This document shows, one piece after another, positions 26,534 through 35,382 of a stretch of DNA of 64,000 bases. The stretch lies in assembly GCA_964562805.1 (NCBI GenBank), contig CAZLUT010000002.1, positions 1,172-65,171 on the forward strand, read 5' to 3'. Origin of the DNA: an uncultured bacterium. Lineage in GTDB: Bacteria > Omnitrophota > Omnitrophia > Omnitrophales > CAZLUT01. The position numbers were made by a program, and so were the translations under genes. Every line of letters begins with the position of its first letter. Position 1 is the stretch's first letter. The notes below the pieces were generated by a model. It searched no databases. It saw nothing but the letters and a program-made list of their open reading frames with translations, and was not told the DNA's origin.

Positions 26534-27574
26534 GTGAAAAATAAAAAAATAAAATCAATTAACTGCCTTTTTTTGTTGGATGCTGGTCCAGGAATAGGGA
26601 TGGGACACTTGAGGAGATGTCTTGTTTTGGCCGAAAAGCTGAAGCAAAAAGGTGTTAAAAATATATGTTTTGCAACTAAAACGCCGAATGATATTTCAGT
26701 TTTGGTTGGAGCAAAATTCCCAATTATTCATTTGCCTTCTACTGACAGTCTAAAAAATAGAACCGATCTTTTGCAGTCAAAAATAAAAGATTACCGGACA
26801 AAACTTATTATTGTGGATAGTTACAAGATAGCGGTCAATTCACTTCGAGCGATAGAGAAGAGAATAGCACCTGTAATTGTGTTAGATGATTATTTGCACT
26901 TATCTCATTATCCGGTTTCCGGAATTATTAACTACAACCTTGGCGCTGAAAAGCGTACTTATAAATGTGAGTCAGAAACCAGATTGTTTCTTGGAGCGAA
27001 ATACGCCCTTATTTCCGGAGAATTTATCAAAGAAAAAAAGTCAGCTCGGGTTCAAGGGATAGGGCGTCGGTTATTTGTGTCTTTAGGCGCAAATCCAGCG
27101 GGAAGCTTGCTCAAAAAAACGCTTAAAGCGATTGGGAACATAGAAGAAAATCTGAAGATTTCTTTGGTTTTGAGTCCTTGTTATCCGAATAGAGATAAGT
27201 ATAAAAGCGGCAAGGTTTCTCTGGTTGCTCCGAACGCTATCGCCCGGGCAATGAAGCGGTGCGACTTTGCCTTAAGTGCTGCCGGGGTTACAAGTTATGA
27301 GCTTGTATTTATGAGGATTCCAACGCTATTGTTTGTATTAGCTCGGAACCAAAGCCGAGTTGCAGAAGAAATGCAGCGTTGTGGCGCGGCTAAAAATTTA
27401 GGTTGGTTAAAAACTATTTCAACTAGTAAACTAACAGTTGAAATCAGCAATTTTGTGAATAGTAAAATGAAAGTGGCTGGCAAAAAAGTTACTAAGTTTA
27501 ATAAGATTGACGGTAAGGGTTCAGATCGTCTCGCTAGTTTTATTATTTCTGAATATTTGAGGGGGAAAAAGTGA
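26534..27574 (+). CDS. pseG: PseG-like UDP-sugar hydrolase (GT28-like; pseudaminic acid pathway)
   Basis: IGMGHLRRCLVLAEK matches the PseG/SpsG G-x-G-H-x-x-R motif. By-eye alignment with C. jejuni PseG along the length (LIIVDSYKIA, GAKYALISGEF, FVSLGANP). GTG start. Confidence 0.65.
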   Translation: MKNKKIKSINCLFLLDAGPGIGMGHLRRCLVLAEKLKQKGVKNICFATKTPNDISVLVGAKFPIIHLPSTDSLKNRTDLLQSKIKDYRTKLIIVDSYKIAVNSLRAIEKRIAPVIVLDDYLHLSHYPVSGIINYNLGAEKRTYKCESETRLFLGAKYALISGEFIKEKKSARVQGIGRRLFVSLGANPAGSLLKKTLKAIGNIEENLKISLVLSPCYPNRDKYKSGKVSLVAPNAIARAMKRCDFALSAAGVTSYELVFMRIPTLLFVLARNQSRVAEEMQRCGAAKNLGWLKTISTSKLTVEISNFVNSKMKVAGKKVTKFNKIDGKGSDRLASFIISEYLRGKK

Positions 27575-28305
27575 AGATTGTTGCTACTATCGAAGCGAGG
27601 ATGGGTTCCAGCCGGCTTCCTGGAAAGATTCTTAAAAATATTTTGGATAAGCCGACTCTAGAGCTGCTCGTTGAGCGGGTTAGAAAATCAAAGCACATTG
27701 AGCAGGTGGTTGTAGCCACTACGGTTGATCCGAGTGACAACATCACCGAAGAAAATTGCCGCAAGATCGGTATTGATTGTTTCCGAGGAAGCTCCGAAGA
27801 TGTTTTGAATAGAGTGCTTCAAACAGCCAAAGCATATCAGGCTGATTTAATCGTAGAATTAACAGGCGACTGCCCGCTTTTAGATCCAGAAATTATTGAT
27901 AGTGTTATCGAAAAGTATCTTAGCGGTTCATTTGATTATGTAAGCAATGTTTTGGAAAGAACTTATCCGAGAGGCTTGGATACCCAGGTTTTTTCAACGG
28001 CTGTTTTAGAGAAAGTGTCTCAAATCACTCAGGATCCGGCTGACAGAGAAAACGTTTCGCTTTATATCTATGAAAACCCCGAGCAATTTAAGCTAGGGAA
28101 CGTTAAAGCTTCCTCGGAGCATAACAGGCCGGATTTAAGATTAACCGTTGATACGGTTGAGGATTTTAAATTAATTAGTTCGATCTATAATGAGTTGTAT
28201 CCAAAAAACAAAGACTTTAATTTGTCGGATGTGATTAAGCTTTTAAATCAAAAGCCTGAACTCAGCAAGCTTAACGCGGATGTTCAGCAGAAGAAAGCAA
28301 GATGA
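27571..28305 (+). CDS. pseF: CMP-nonulosonic acid synthetase (acylneuraminate cytidylyltransferase family; PseF/SpsF-like)
   Basis: KIVATIEARMGSSRLPGKILKNI and VVVATT. Size 244 aa. GTG start after a GAGGGGGA ribosome-binding site. Confidence 0.7.
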   Translation: MKIVATIEARMGSSRLPGKILKNILDKPTLELLVERVRKSKHIEQVVVATTVDPSDNITEENCRKIGIDCFRGSSEDVLNRVLQTAKAYQADLIVELTGDCPLLDPEIIDSVIEKYLSGSFDYVSNVLERTYPRGLDTQVFSTAVLEKVSQITQDPADRENVSLYIYENPEQFKLGNVKASSEHNRPDLRLTVDTVEDFKLISSIYNELYPKNKDFNLSDVIKLLNQKPELSKLNADVQQKKAR

Positions 28306-29348
28306 GTGGAGTTGATAAAAAATCAAAAAAACTAAGAGCCGGCATCGTTGGATGCGGTCGAATTGCAAGTACGTTTGATTCGGATCCTAAGCGGAAGAAT
28401 ATTGCTACTCATGCCGGTGCTTATACAGCGTCACCTGGTGTTGACTTGGTAGCGGCATGTGATCTCGATGAGAAAAAAGTGGCAGCCTTTGGCGAGCGCT
28501 GGAAGGTTAAAAATTTATATACCAACTTTAATAAAATGCTTAAAAGTGAGAAGTTGGATATTCTAAGTCTCTGCACTTGGGCTGGATCTCACTTTCAATT
28601 GGCAAAAACTGCGATTAATAGCGGCGTAAAAGCGGTGTTTTGTGAGAAGCCTATAACAGTTTCTTTGAGTGAGGCGGATCAGCTGATTAAATTAGCCAAA
28701 CGCAAAAAAGTTGTATTTGCGGTTAATCACTCGAGGAGATGGGATTCAGGTCTTCAAAAAATAAAGTCTGCGATTAATCAGGGTAAGTTGGGTGAAATTC
28801 GCCAGGTGAGCTGTTATTACACTGCTGGCATTTCAAACACTGGAACTCACTTATTTGACTTATTAAATTTTTTCTTTGGTGATGCGAAACAGGTAATTGG
28901 CGCTGTTAGCAATTTAGTTGATAAAAAGGGTGCTGATCCAACTGTTTCAGGATTAATAGAGTATAAGAGCGGAACGTTGGTTTCTGTTCAGGGATTGAAT
29001 GTGAATGATTATTTAATTTTTGAGATAGATATTTATGGCTCGAAAGGAAGGATTCGCATTTGTAATAGCGGTTTTAAATCTCAGGTCTGGAAAGTTTTGC
29101 CAAGTGATTATTTTTCAGGCTACAAAGAGCTTAAAGAGGTAAAGTCATCTTTCGATTTATCCAAAAAAGAACAGATGAAAAACGCCGTCAAAGATATAAT
29201 GCAATGCATAAAAACAAAAAAGAAACCGTCCTCAAGCGCTAAGGATGGCATGAAAGCACTGGAGCTTATTTGCGCCATGAAGCTCTCATGCAAAAAAGGG
29301 ACCAAAGTAGATTTGCCGCTTAAAAATAGAAATATTACAACGGAGTAA
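28302..29348 (+). CDS. Gfo/Idh/MocA-family NAD(P)-dependent sugar oxidoreductase
   Basis: LRAGIVGCGRIAS Rossmann N-terminus and EKP motif CEKPIT. ATGA overlap with the upstream gene. Confidence 0.75.
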   Translation: MSGVDKKSKKLRAGIVGCGRIASTFDSDPKRKNIATHAGAYTASPGVDLVAACDLDEKKVAAFGERWKVKNLYTNFNKMLKSEKLDILSLCTWAGSHFQLAKTAINSGVKAVFCEKPITVSLSEADQLIKLAKRKKVVFAVNHSRRWDSGLQKIKSAINQGKLGEIRQVSCYYTAGISNTGTHLFDLLNFFFGDAKQVIGAVSNLVDKKGADPTVSGLIEYKSGTLVSVQGLNVNDYLIFEIDIYGSKGRIRICNSGFKSQVWKVLPSDYFSGYKELKEVKSSFDLSKKEQMKNAVKDIMQCIKTKKKPSSSAKDGMKALELICAMKLSCKKGTKVDLPLKNRNITTE

Positions 29349-29351
29349 AAG

Positions 29352-30590
29352 ATGACTGATCCAATCAGAACAAAGCCATTCCCCCAACACCCCACTTTTG
29401 ATGAAGAGGCAAAGCGTGGAGTTCTTGATGTGTTGTCATCGGGCGTGCTTTCCGGATTTGTAGCTAATTCGGGGCCTAATTTTTTAGGTGGTCCGAAAGT
29501 CAAGGAATTAGAAGCAGCTTTCTGCGATTATTTTGGCGTAAAATATGCGATGACCGTTAATTCTGCAACGGCGGGGCTGCACGCTGCGGTTGCTGCGTGT
29601 GGCATTGGGCCGGGGGATGAGGTGATCGTGCCTCCTTATACGATGTCAGCTTCCGCGAGTGCGGTATTGATGCAGAGTGCTGTGCCGCTGTTTGCAGACA
29701 TTCAAGATGATATCTATTGCGTTGATCCAAAATCTATTGAAGAGAGAATTACATCTCGAACCAAAGCTATTATTGTGGTTCATTTATTTGGGCATCCGGC
29801 AGACATGGACTCTATTTCAAAAATCGCCAAAAAACACGGCTTAAAAATTATTGAGGACTGTGCTCAGGCTCCCGGGGTCAAATATAAAAATAAATTTGTC
29901 GGAACCATCGGTGATATTGGAGTTTTTAGCTTCAATCAGCATAAAACTATTACAACGGGTGAAGGCGGCGTTGTTATTACCAACAGTGAAGAAGCTGCTT
30001 TAAAAGTGCGCCTAGTTCGTAATCATGGCGAAGCCGTTTTGGAAAACATGGAAATAAATGATTATTCAAACACTCTCGGCTGGAATTATCGAATGACCGA
30101 GCTGGAGGCGGCCGTTGGCATTACTCAATTTAAGAAGCTCGACACCCTAACGAAACACAAACAAGAGTTGGCGAATGTTCTAAATGAAAAGCTTAAGAAA
30201 TTTGAAGAGTTAAGTTTGCCGGTAGCACTGGATGGATGTAGTCATGGCTATTTTGTATATCCAATGAAGTGGCGCGCATCTAAAACAGGTCTGTCGCGCG
30301 ATCAAATAGTCGAAGCTTTAAATAAGGAGGGAATCCCTTTTGGCAAAGGCTATGTTCGGCCTCTTTATCTTTTGCCGCTTTTTCAAAAGCAGATATGTTT
30401 TGGCAGTAACGGCTGGCCTTTTACATCAATACCTGAGAAGGAGAGGCAGAAATATAAAAAAGGACTTTGTCCTGTTGCTGAGAGGATGTACGAAAAGGAG
30501 CTTATGCTGACAGGTGTTTGTTATTGGCCGGTTACGAAAGAAGATATCATGGATGTTGTAAAGGCATTCGAGAAGATATTAAAAAAATGA
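29352..30590 (+). CDS. pseC: DegT-family PLP aminotransferase, PseC-like (UDP-4-keto-6-deoxy-sugar aminotransferase)
   Basis: FCDYFGVKYAMTVNSATAGLHAA, FSFNQHKTITTGEGG and NYRMTELEAAVG. Confidence 0.75.
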   Translation: MTDPIRTKPFPQHPTFDEEAKRGVLDVLSSGVLSGFVANSGPNFLGGPKVKELEAAFCDYFGVKYAMTVNSATAGLHAAVAACGIGPGDEVIVPPYTMSASASAVLMQSAVPLFADIQDDIYCVDPKSIEERITSRTKAIIVVHLFGHPADMDSISKIAKKHGLKIIEDCAQAPGVKYKNKFVGTIGDIGVFSFNQHKTITTGEGGVVITNSEEAALKVRLVRNHGEAVLENMEINDYSNTLGWNYRMTELEAAVGITQFKKLDTLTKHKQELANVLNEKLKKFEELSLPVALDGCSHGYFVYPMKWRASKTGLSRDQIVEALNKEGIPFGKGYVRPLYLLPLFQKQICFGSNGWPFTSIPEKERQKYKKGLCPVAERMYEKELMLTGVCYWPVTKEDIMDVVKAFEKILKK

Positions 30591-31651
30591 AAAGAAAAAA
30601 ACAGATTAAAATCAATAATAAGCCGATAGGTGATGGGGCACCCGTTTTTGTCATAGCGGAAGCCGGTTCTAATCACAATGGAAGTCTAAGGCAAGCAAAG
30701 AAACTTATTGATATTGCTGCTAAGGCGGGGGCGGACGCAGTTAAGTTTCAGACGTTTTCTGCAGATAAATTGTATTCGAAAAAAACCCCGATGATGAGTT
30801 ATCTCAGAAAAAACAAGCTGGTAAAGAAAAAAGAAACGGTTTGGGATCTTCTAAAAAAACTTGAAATTCCGAGAGTTTGGCATTCCGAATTAGCTAAGTA
30901 TTGCCGTTTAAAAAAAATATTTTTTCTTTCGACTCCATTTGATCTAAAGGCTGTTGATCAATTGGAAGCGGTTAATATGGCTGCTTATAAAATCGCCTCA
31001 TATGAAATAACCCATCTTCCTCTCTTGGAGAAAGTTGCAAAAACAGGGAAGCCGATTATTCTGTCGACCGGCATGGCAGATTTGGATGATATTAGGGTTG
31101 CATTAAAAACTATATATAGAACAGGAAATAAAAAAGTTGTTCTTTTGCATTGCGCTATCAACTACCCACCCAAATTTGAAGATCTTCATTTAAAAGCGAT
31201 GCAGACGATAAGGAACGAATTTAAGGTGCCCGTTGGTTTTTCAGATCATACGATGGGACTGACATCCGATGTTGCTGCTGTTGCTTTAGGGGCATGCGTA
31301 ATTGAAAAACATTATACGATTAGCCGGAAGCTCGAAGGCCCTGACCATTCTTTTTCATTGGAGCCTGACGAATTAAAAAACATGATCCAAGGTATCCGCG
31401 ACACCGAACGTGCTTTGGGCCTACCAATTAAACGAGCGACAAAAGCGGAAAAGGAAATGTATCGTCTTGGCCGGAGAAGTTTGGTTGCGGCCTGCAGCAT
31501 TCCAAAGGGAGCCAAAATATCTCGTAGGATGATCGAAGTAAAAAGACCGGGCTTTGGAATTCCAACCAAAGATATGAATCAAGTTATTGGCCGGCTAGCA
31601 TCTCGGGATATCGAAACAGACGATATTCTTTCGTGGAAGATGATTCGGTAA
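30587..31651 (+). CDS. pseI: Nonulosonic acid synthase (NeuB/PseI family) with a C-terminal SAF domain
   Basis: IGDGAPVFVIAEAGSNHNGSLRQAKKLIDIAAKAGADAVKFQTF. ATGA overlap start at 30587; the track's 30518 start lies inside the upstream gene. Confidence 0.85.
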   Translation: MKRKKQIKINNKPIGDGAPVFVIAEAGSNHNGSLRQAKKLIDIAAKAGADAVKFQTFSADKLYSKKTPMMSYLRKNKLVKKKETVWDLLKKLEIPRVWHSELAKYCRLKKIFFLSTPFDLKAVDQLEAVNMAAYKIASYEITHLPLLEKVAKTGKPIILSTGMADLDDIRVALKTIYRTGNKKVVLLHCAINYPPKFEDLHLKAMQTIRNEFKVPVGFSDHTMGLTSDVAAVALGACVIEKHYTISRKLEGPDHSFSLEPDELKNMIQGIRDTERALGLPIKRATKAEKEMYRLGRRSLVAACSIPKGAKISRRMIEVKRPGFGIPTKDMNQVIGRLASRDIETDDILSWKMIR

Positions 31652-31750
31652 TTTAACCGACGTCTCTTTGTTGCTGTCGGCTGGTTTTTAGGTAACAGAT
31701 TAATCAAAATCATAAATATATTGGTTTTTAAAGATTTATTTTGATAAGAC

Positions 31751-31790
31751 TTGACTATTATTGACAACTATAAGCTATTTTTGATAAGAT
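31751..31790 (+). promoter_or_regulatory. Second copy of the TTGACTATT(A/T)TTGA promoter box pair upstream of the HTH-pseB sub-operon
   Basis: TTGACTATTATTGACAACTATAAGCTATTTTTGATAAGAT. Its first 13 nt match 21166-21178 at 12 of 13 positions, and the CTATTTTTGAT box is shared. Confidence 0.4.
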
Positions 31791-31839
31791 TTATACGGTC
31801 TCAAAAATAACATAAGAGAATATAGAGGGTTAGTATTAT

Positions 31840-32100
31840 ATGGATGAAATCAAAGAAAATGCTGTTTATACGCCAGCAGAAACTCAAAAAATTTTAAAAA
31901 TCAGTGCAAGCACCATGACTCGCCTCATTAAAAAAGGATTGATTCATGCGGCCAAAATAGGGGGGCAATACCGCATTTTAGGTAAAGAAATTTTAAGAGC
32001 GATGTCGCCAAAATTGGAAGATAAAGTAGGAAAAATATACAACAAAGGCCGGCAATGGGTTCATGAAGACGATGATCCAAACAGAAAGGTCAAAAAATGA
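31840..32100 (+). CDS. Small excisionase-family/MerR-like helix-turn-helix DNA-binding protein
   Basis: TPAETQKILKISASTMTRLIKKGLIHAAKIGGQYRI matches the HTH_17/excisionase pattern. Size 86 aa. Its stop overlaps the pseB start as ATGA. Confidence 0.55.
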   Translation: MDEIKENAVYTPAETQKILKISASTMTRLIKKGLIHAAKIGGQYRILGKEILRAMSPKLEDKVGKIYNKGRQWVHEDDDPNRKVKK

Positions 32101-33095
32101 AAGATTTTTTCAAAAATAAGACAATTTTAGTCACGGGCGGCACAGGATCGTTTGGTAAAAAATTCATTAAAATGACTCTCGAAAACTTTTCACCAAAAAA
32201 AGTAATTATTTATTCCAGGGACGAAATGAAACAGTGGGAAATGCAGGATGAGTATAAAGAGTACGATAAAAGAAATGTGCTTAGGTATTTTATAGGCGAT
32301 GTTAGAGACCGAGAGCGTTTAGAGAGGGCATTCCACGGTGTTGATTATGTGGTGCATGCTGCCGCAACTAAAATTGTACCGACAGCAGAATACAATCCAA
32401 TTGAATGCATCAAGACCAACGTCAATGGCGCTATTAACGTGATTGATGCTGCAATTGACCAAAAGGTAAAAAGAGTCGTAGCTCTTAGCACCGACAAGGC
32501 AAGTAATCCTATTAATTTGTATGGTGCTACCAAGTTATGTTCCGATAAATTGTTTGTGGCTGCAAACGCATACACAGGAGACCAAGATACTCGTTTGTCT
32601 GTTGTTAGATATGGGAATGTGATGGGTAGTCGCGGCTCTATCATTCCTTTTTTTAGGTCTATCAAAAGCAAAAATAAGATTCCAATTACAGATATAAGGA
32701 TGACACGATTCATGATCACACTTGAGCAGGGTGTGGAATTGGTTTGGCTGGCGTTGCATGAAGCAATCGGTGGTGAGATCTATGTGCCTAAAATCCCTTC
32801 GATGAAGGTGGTTGATATTGCCAAAGGAATCGCACCAAACGCTGAACACAATATTATAGGGATCCGACCTGGAGAGAAGATACATGAATCGCTGATTAGC
32901 GAAGAAGATGCTCGAAATACTTATGAATATAAGGATTGTTACAAGATCCTGCCGGCTATTTATGATTGGCATGAATGTGCGACTCGAATAGGTGACGGAA
33001 AGAGGTGTGAGGAGGGTTTTTCTTATGCAAGCGGTAACAATTCCAAATGGATGACAAGTGAAGAACTGTCTAACTGGATGGAGAGGGAATATTAA
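32097..33095 (+). CDS. pseB: UDP-GlcNAc 4,6-dehydratase/5-epimerase (PseB/FlaA1/CapD family)
   Basis: KTILVTGGTGSFGKKFIKM, YxxxK (YGATKLCSDK). Size 332 aa. Confidence 0.85.
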   Translation: MKDFFKNKTILVTGGTGSFGKKFIKMTLENFSPKKVIIYSRDEMKQWEMQDEYKEYDKRNVLRYFIGDVRDRERLERAFHGVDYVVHAAATKIVPTAEYNPIECIKTNVNGAINVIDAAIDQKVKRVVALSTDKASNPINLYGATKLCSDKLFVAANAYTGDQDTRLSVVRYGNVMGSRGSIIPFFRSIKSKNKIPITDIRMTRFMITLEQGVELVWLALHEAIGGEIYVPKIPSMKVVDIAKGIAPNAEHNIIGIRPGEKIHESLISEEDARNTYEYKDCYKILPAIYDWHECATRIGDGKRCEEGFSYASGNNSKWMTSEELSNWMEREY

Positions 33096-33558
33096 TAGTA
33101 AAAAAAATTTCACCGTTAGAGTTGCCAGGCAGCCCGATTCAGATTGCTTGTTTGCGTGGCGAAATGATGCCGAGACGATTAGAAATTCACTAACTGGTAA
33201 ATGCGTTACAAGAAAAGAACATGAGAAATGGTTTAAAAATGTTATTAACTCGCCGGAATACAAAATTTTTATTGCGGTCAAACCCAACCATCATCCAATA
33301 GGAGTTGTTCGATACACGATGAAGAAAAAGAAAAATTTTGAAGTACATATCAATTTAAATCCCCGGGAGCGCGGCAAAGGGTGGGGAAGCCGCCTCATTA
33401 AGCGGTGTAACAACCTTTTAAAAAGATCTGCTGCTGGAAGCCGAGTGGTAGCCCAGGTTAAAGAAGATAATTTTCCATCGCAATCAGTTTTTGAAAGGGC
33501 CGGTTACCGGCGTCACTCAAAAACTGGCGGAACGATTACTTACCAGTCAATTCTATAA
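33058..33558 (+). CDS. pseH: GNAT N-acetyltransferase, PseH-like
   Basis: LFAWRNDAETIRNS and EHEKWFKNV align with C. jejuni PseH (IFKWRNHPDINQFM, EHLRFLKKL). GNAT core RERGKGWGSRLI. The start is uncertain because the ATG at 33058 overlaps pseB by 38 nt. Confidence 0.6.
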   Translation: MKNCLTGWRGNINSKKNFTVRVARQPDSDCLFAWRNDAETIRNSLTGKCVTRKEHEKWFKNVINSPEYKIFIAVKPNHHPIGVVRYTMKKKKNFEVHINLNPRERGKGWGSRLIKRCNNLLKRSAAGSRVVAQVKEDNFPSQSVFERAGYRRHSKTGGTITYQSIL

Positions 33559-33566
33559 ATAATGCC

Positions 33567-34118
33567 GTGTTAGTAAAATTTCAATCCTCAAATTTTACTT
33601 TATCGGGCAATAAAATCTGCCTCAATATTTTTTCAGATCAATATATTGCAGCAGATTATGTAAGTTGGTTTAATGATCAAGAAGTTTGTAAATTTAATAG
33701 ACATGGCGAAACTGTTTATACTCTTGAAAAAGCAAAAGAATATTATGAAGGCATCAAAAAATCTGAAAATATTATTGTTTTTGCCATTTGCGACAACAAA
33801 ACGAACAAGCATGTTGGCAATGTTAGCTTAGATATTTCCGGACAAAACAAATCAGGCGATATTGCGATTATTATCGGTAATAAAGATTATTGGGGTAAAG
33901 GTGTGGCAACCGAGGCGTTTGGTTTAGTGATCAATTTTGCGTTCAATAGCCTTAACCTGAACGAAGTGACTGCAGGTATGACAACTAACAACATGGGAAT
34001 GATTGGTGTTGTTGAAAAATTAGGATTTCAAAAAAAAGGTATCTCGAAAGATGCTCTTAAAAAAAAGAACGTTTACATGGACGTCGTCCAATGGGCGATG
34101 AGCAACCCAAAAAATTGA
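33567..34118 (+). CDS. GNAT-family acetyltransferase (RimL-like)
   Basis: IGNKDYWGKGVATEAFGLVINFAFNSLNLNEVTAG is a GNAT motif A/B pattern. Confidence 0.7.
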   Translation: MLVKFQSSNFTLSGNKICLNIFSDQYIAADYVSWFNDQEVCKFNRHGETVYTLEKAKEYYEGIKKSENIIVFAICDNKTNKHVGNVSLDISGQNKSGDIAIIIGNKDYWGKGVATEAFGLVINFAFNSLNLNEVTAGMTTNNMGMIGVVEKLGFQKKGISKDALKKKNVYMDVVQWAMSNPKN

Positions 34119-34178
34119 ACAATTGCTGATGTTGCGGAACAGCTGAAAAAGTTCAAATAAATTAAAAAGGAGAAAAAA

Positions 34179-35312
34179 ATGCGTTATTGTAAAAAGTGTG
34201 TACAGCCTGATACAAGACCTGGAATATATTTTAATAAGGAAGGAATCTGTGGGGCTTGTTTGCACCAAGACGAAGTAAATAGTGGGATTGATTGGAATGC
34301 CCGTGAGCAGGAATTAAAGGAAATCGCAGAGTGGGCTAAGAAAACCACCAAGGCCCCCTACGATTGTGTTATCGGAGTGAGCGGGGGCAAAGACAGTACT
34401 TTTCAAGCCCTCTATGCAAGAGATAGATTAGGATTGAGAGTATTGCTAGTTAATAGCGAGCCCGAAGGTATTAGTGAAATAGGAGCCCATAATATAGAGA
34501 ATCTGATTAATTTAGGATTTGATACAGTTAAAATGCGACCAAATCCGAAAATCATCAAGCAGTTAATGAAGCGGGATTTTTACAAATACCTGAATCCCGT
34601 AAAGATCACAGAGTATTCACTATGGTCTTCTGCTTATATTATTGCTGATAAATTTGAGATACCTTTGATCATTCAGGGAGAGAATCCAGGATTAACCTTA
34701 GGTGTAAGAAATACCGGTGTAGGTACAGACAGTAACGCCCTGAACGCAAACAAGCAGAATACCCTTTCTGAAGACTGGAGATCATACATTAGCGATGAAA
34801 TAAGTGAAAAAGACATGTATTTTTATCATTACGATAGAGAATCCATGAAGAAAAAAGGGATAAGAGGTGTATGGCTTCAGTATTACGCAAGAGAATGGTC
34901 TCCGCCTCATAATGTTGAGTTTTCTATAAAAAACGGATTAACTGTCAGGCAGGATTTTGACCCTAAGGATATCGGTTCTTATATCGGCTATTTTCAGATG
35001 GACTCAGATCTAGTGCAAGTTAACCAGCTTTTAAAATACATAAAATTTGGTTTCGGTCAATGTACGGATCATGCCTGCTATGAGATTAGAATAGGAAAGA
35101 TAACGAGAGAACAGGGAGTAGAGTATGTAAAAAATTATGATGGAAAATGTGCCGACCGCTTTATTCAAACGTTTTGTGATTATCTTGGGATCACGGTGAA
35201 AGAATTTTGGAAGGTGGCTGATTCTTTTCGAGGGGACATGTGGAAGAAGAGTCCTAGCGAAGAATGGTTATTGAGAGATCCGGTATGGGAACAGGAAATA
35301 GCAAACGCATAA
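34179..35312 (+). CDS. pseA: N-acetyl sugar amidotransferase (PseA/WbuX family, PP-loop ATP pyrophosphatase)
   Basis: N-terminal CKKC...CGAC zinc ribbon. PP-loop VIGVSGGKDST. AAGGAG ribosome-binding site upstream. Confidence 0.65.
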   Translation: MRYCKKCVQPDTRPGIYFNKEGICGACLHQDEVNSGIDWNAREQELKEIAEWAKKTTKAPYDCVIGVSGGKDSTFQALYARDRLGLRVLLVNSEPEGISEIGAHNIENLINLGFDTVKMRPNPKIIKQLMKRDFYKYLNPVKITEYSLWSSAYIIADKFEIPLIIQGENPGLTLGVRNTGVGTDSNALNANKQNTLSEDWRSYISDEISEKDMYFYHYDRESMKKKGIRGVWLQYYAREWSPPHNVEFSIKNGLTVRQDFDPKDIGSYIGYFQMDSDLVQVNQLLKYIKFGFGQCTDHACYEIRIGKITREQGVEYVKNYDGKCADRFIQTFCDYLGITVKEFWKVADSFRGDMWKKSPSEEWLLRDPVWEQEIANA

Positions 35313-35382
35313 CCAAGACAAGAAAGAAAACAAAAATTTTTTTTCTTGTTGCAAAATTTAACGAACCATTTTTTGATTATTT

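Noticed and set aside
31840-32100. Excisionase-like HTH as evidence of a prophage or integrative element
   Set aside because: No integrase, recombinase, phage structural genes or flanking direct repeats are present. The gene is translationally coupled to pseB, so it is interpreted as a locus regulator.
32535-33287. 250-aa minus-strand ORF antisense to pseB and pseH
   Set aside because: It lies entirely within strongly supported plus-strand genes with clear family motifs. Its composition (Cys and Ile-rich, no motifs) is typical of antisense shadow ORFs.
35313-35382. CAAGAAA...TTTCTTG inverted repeat after pseA as a terminator
   Set aside because: Short A/T-only stem with a long A/T loop. It is indistinguishable from chance in this AT-rich spacer.
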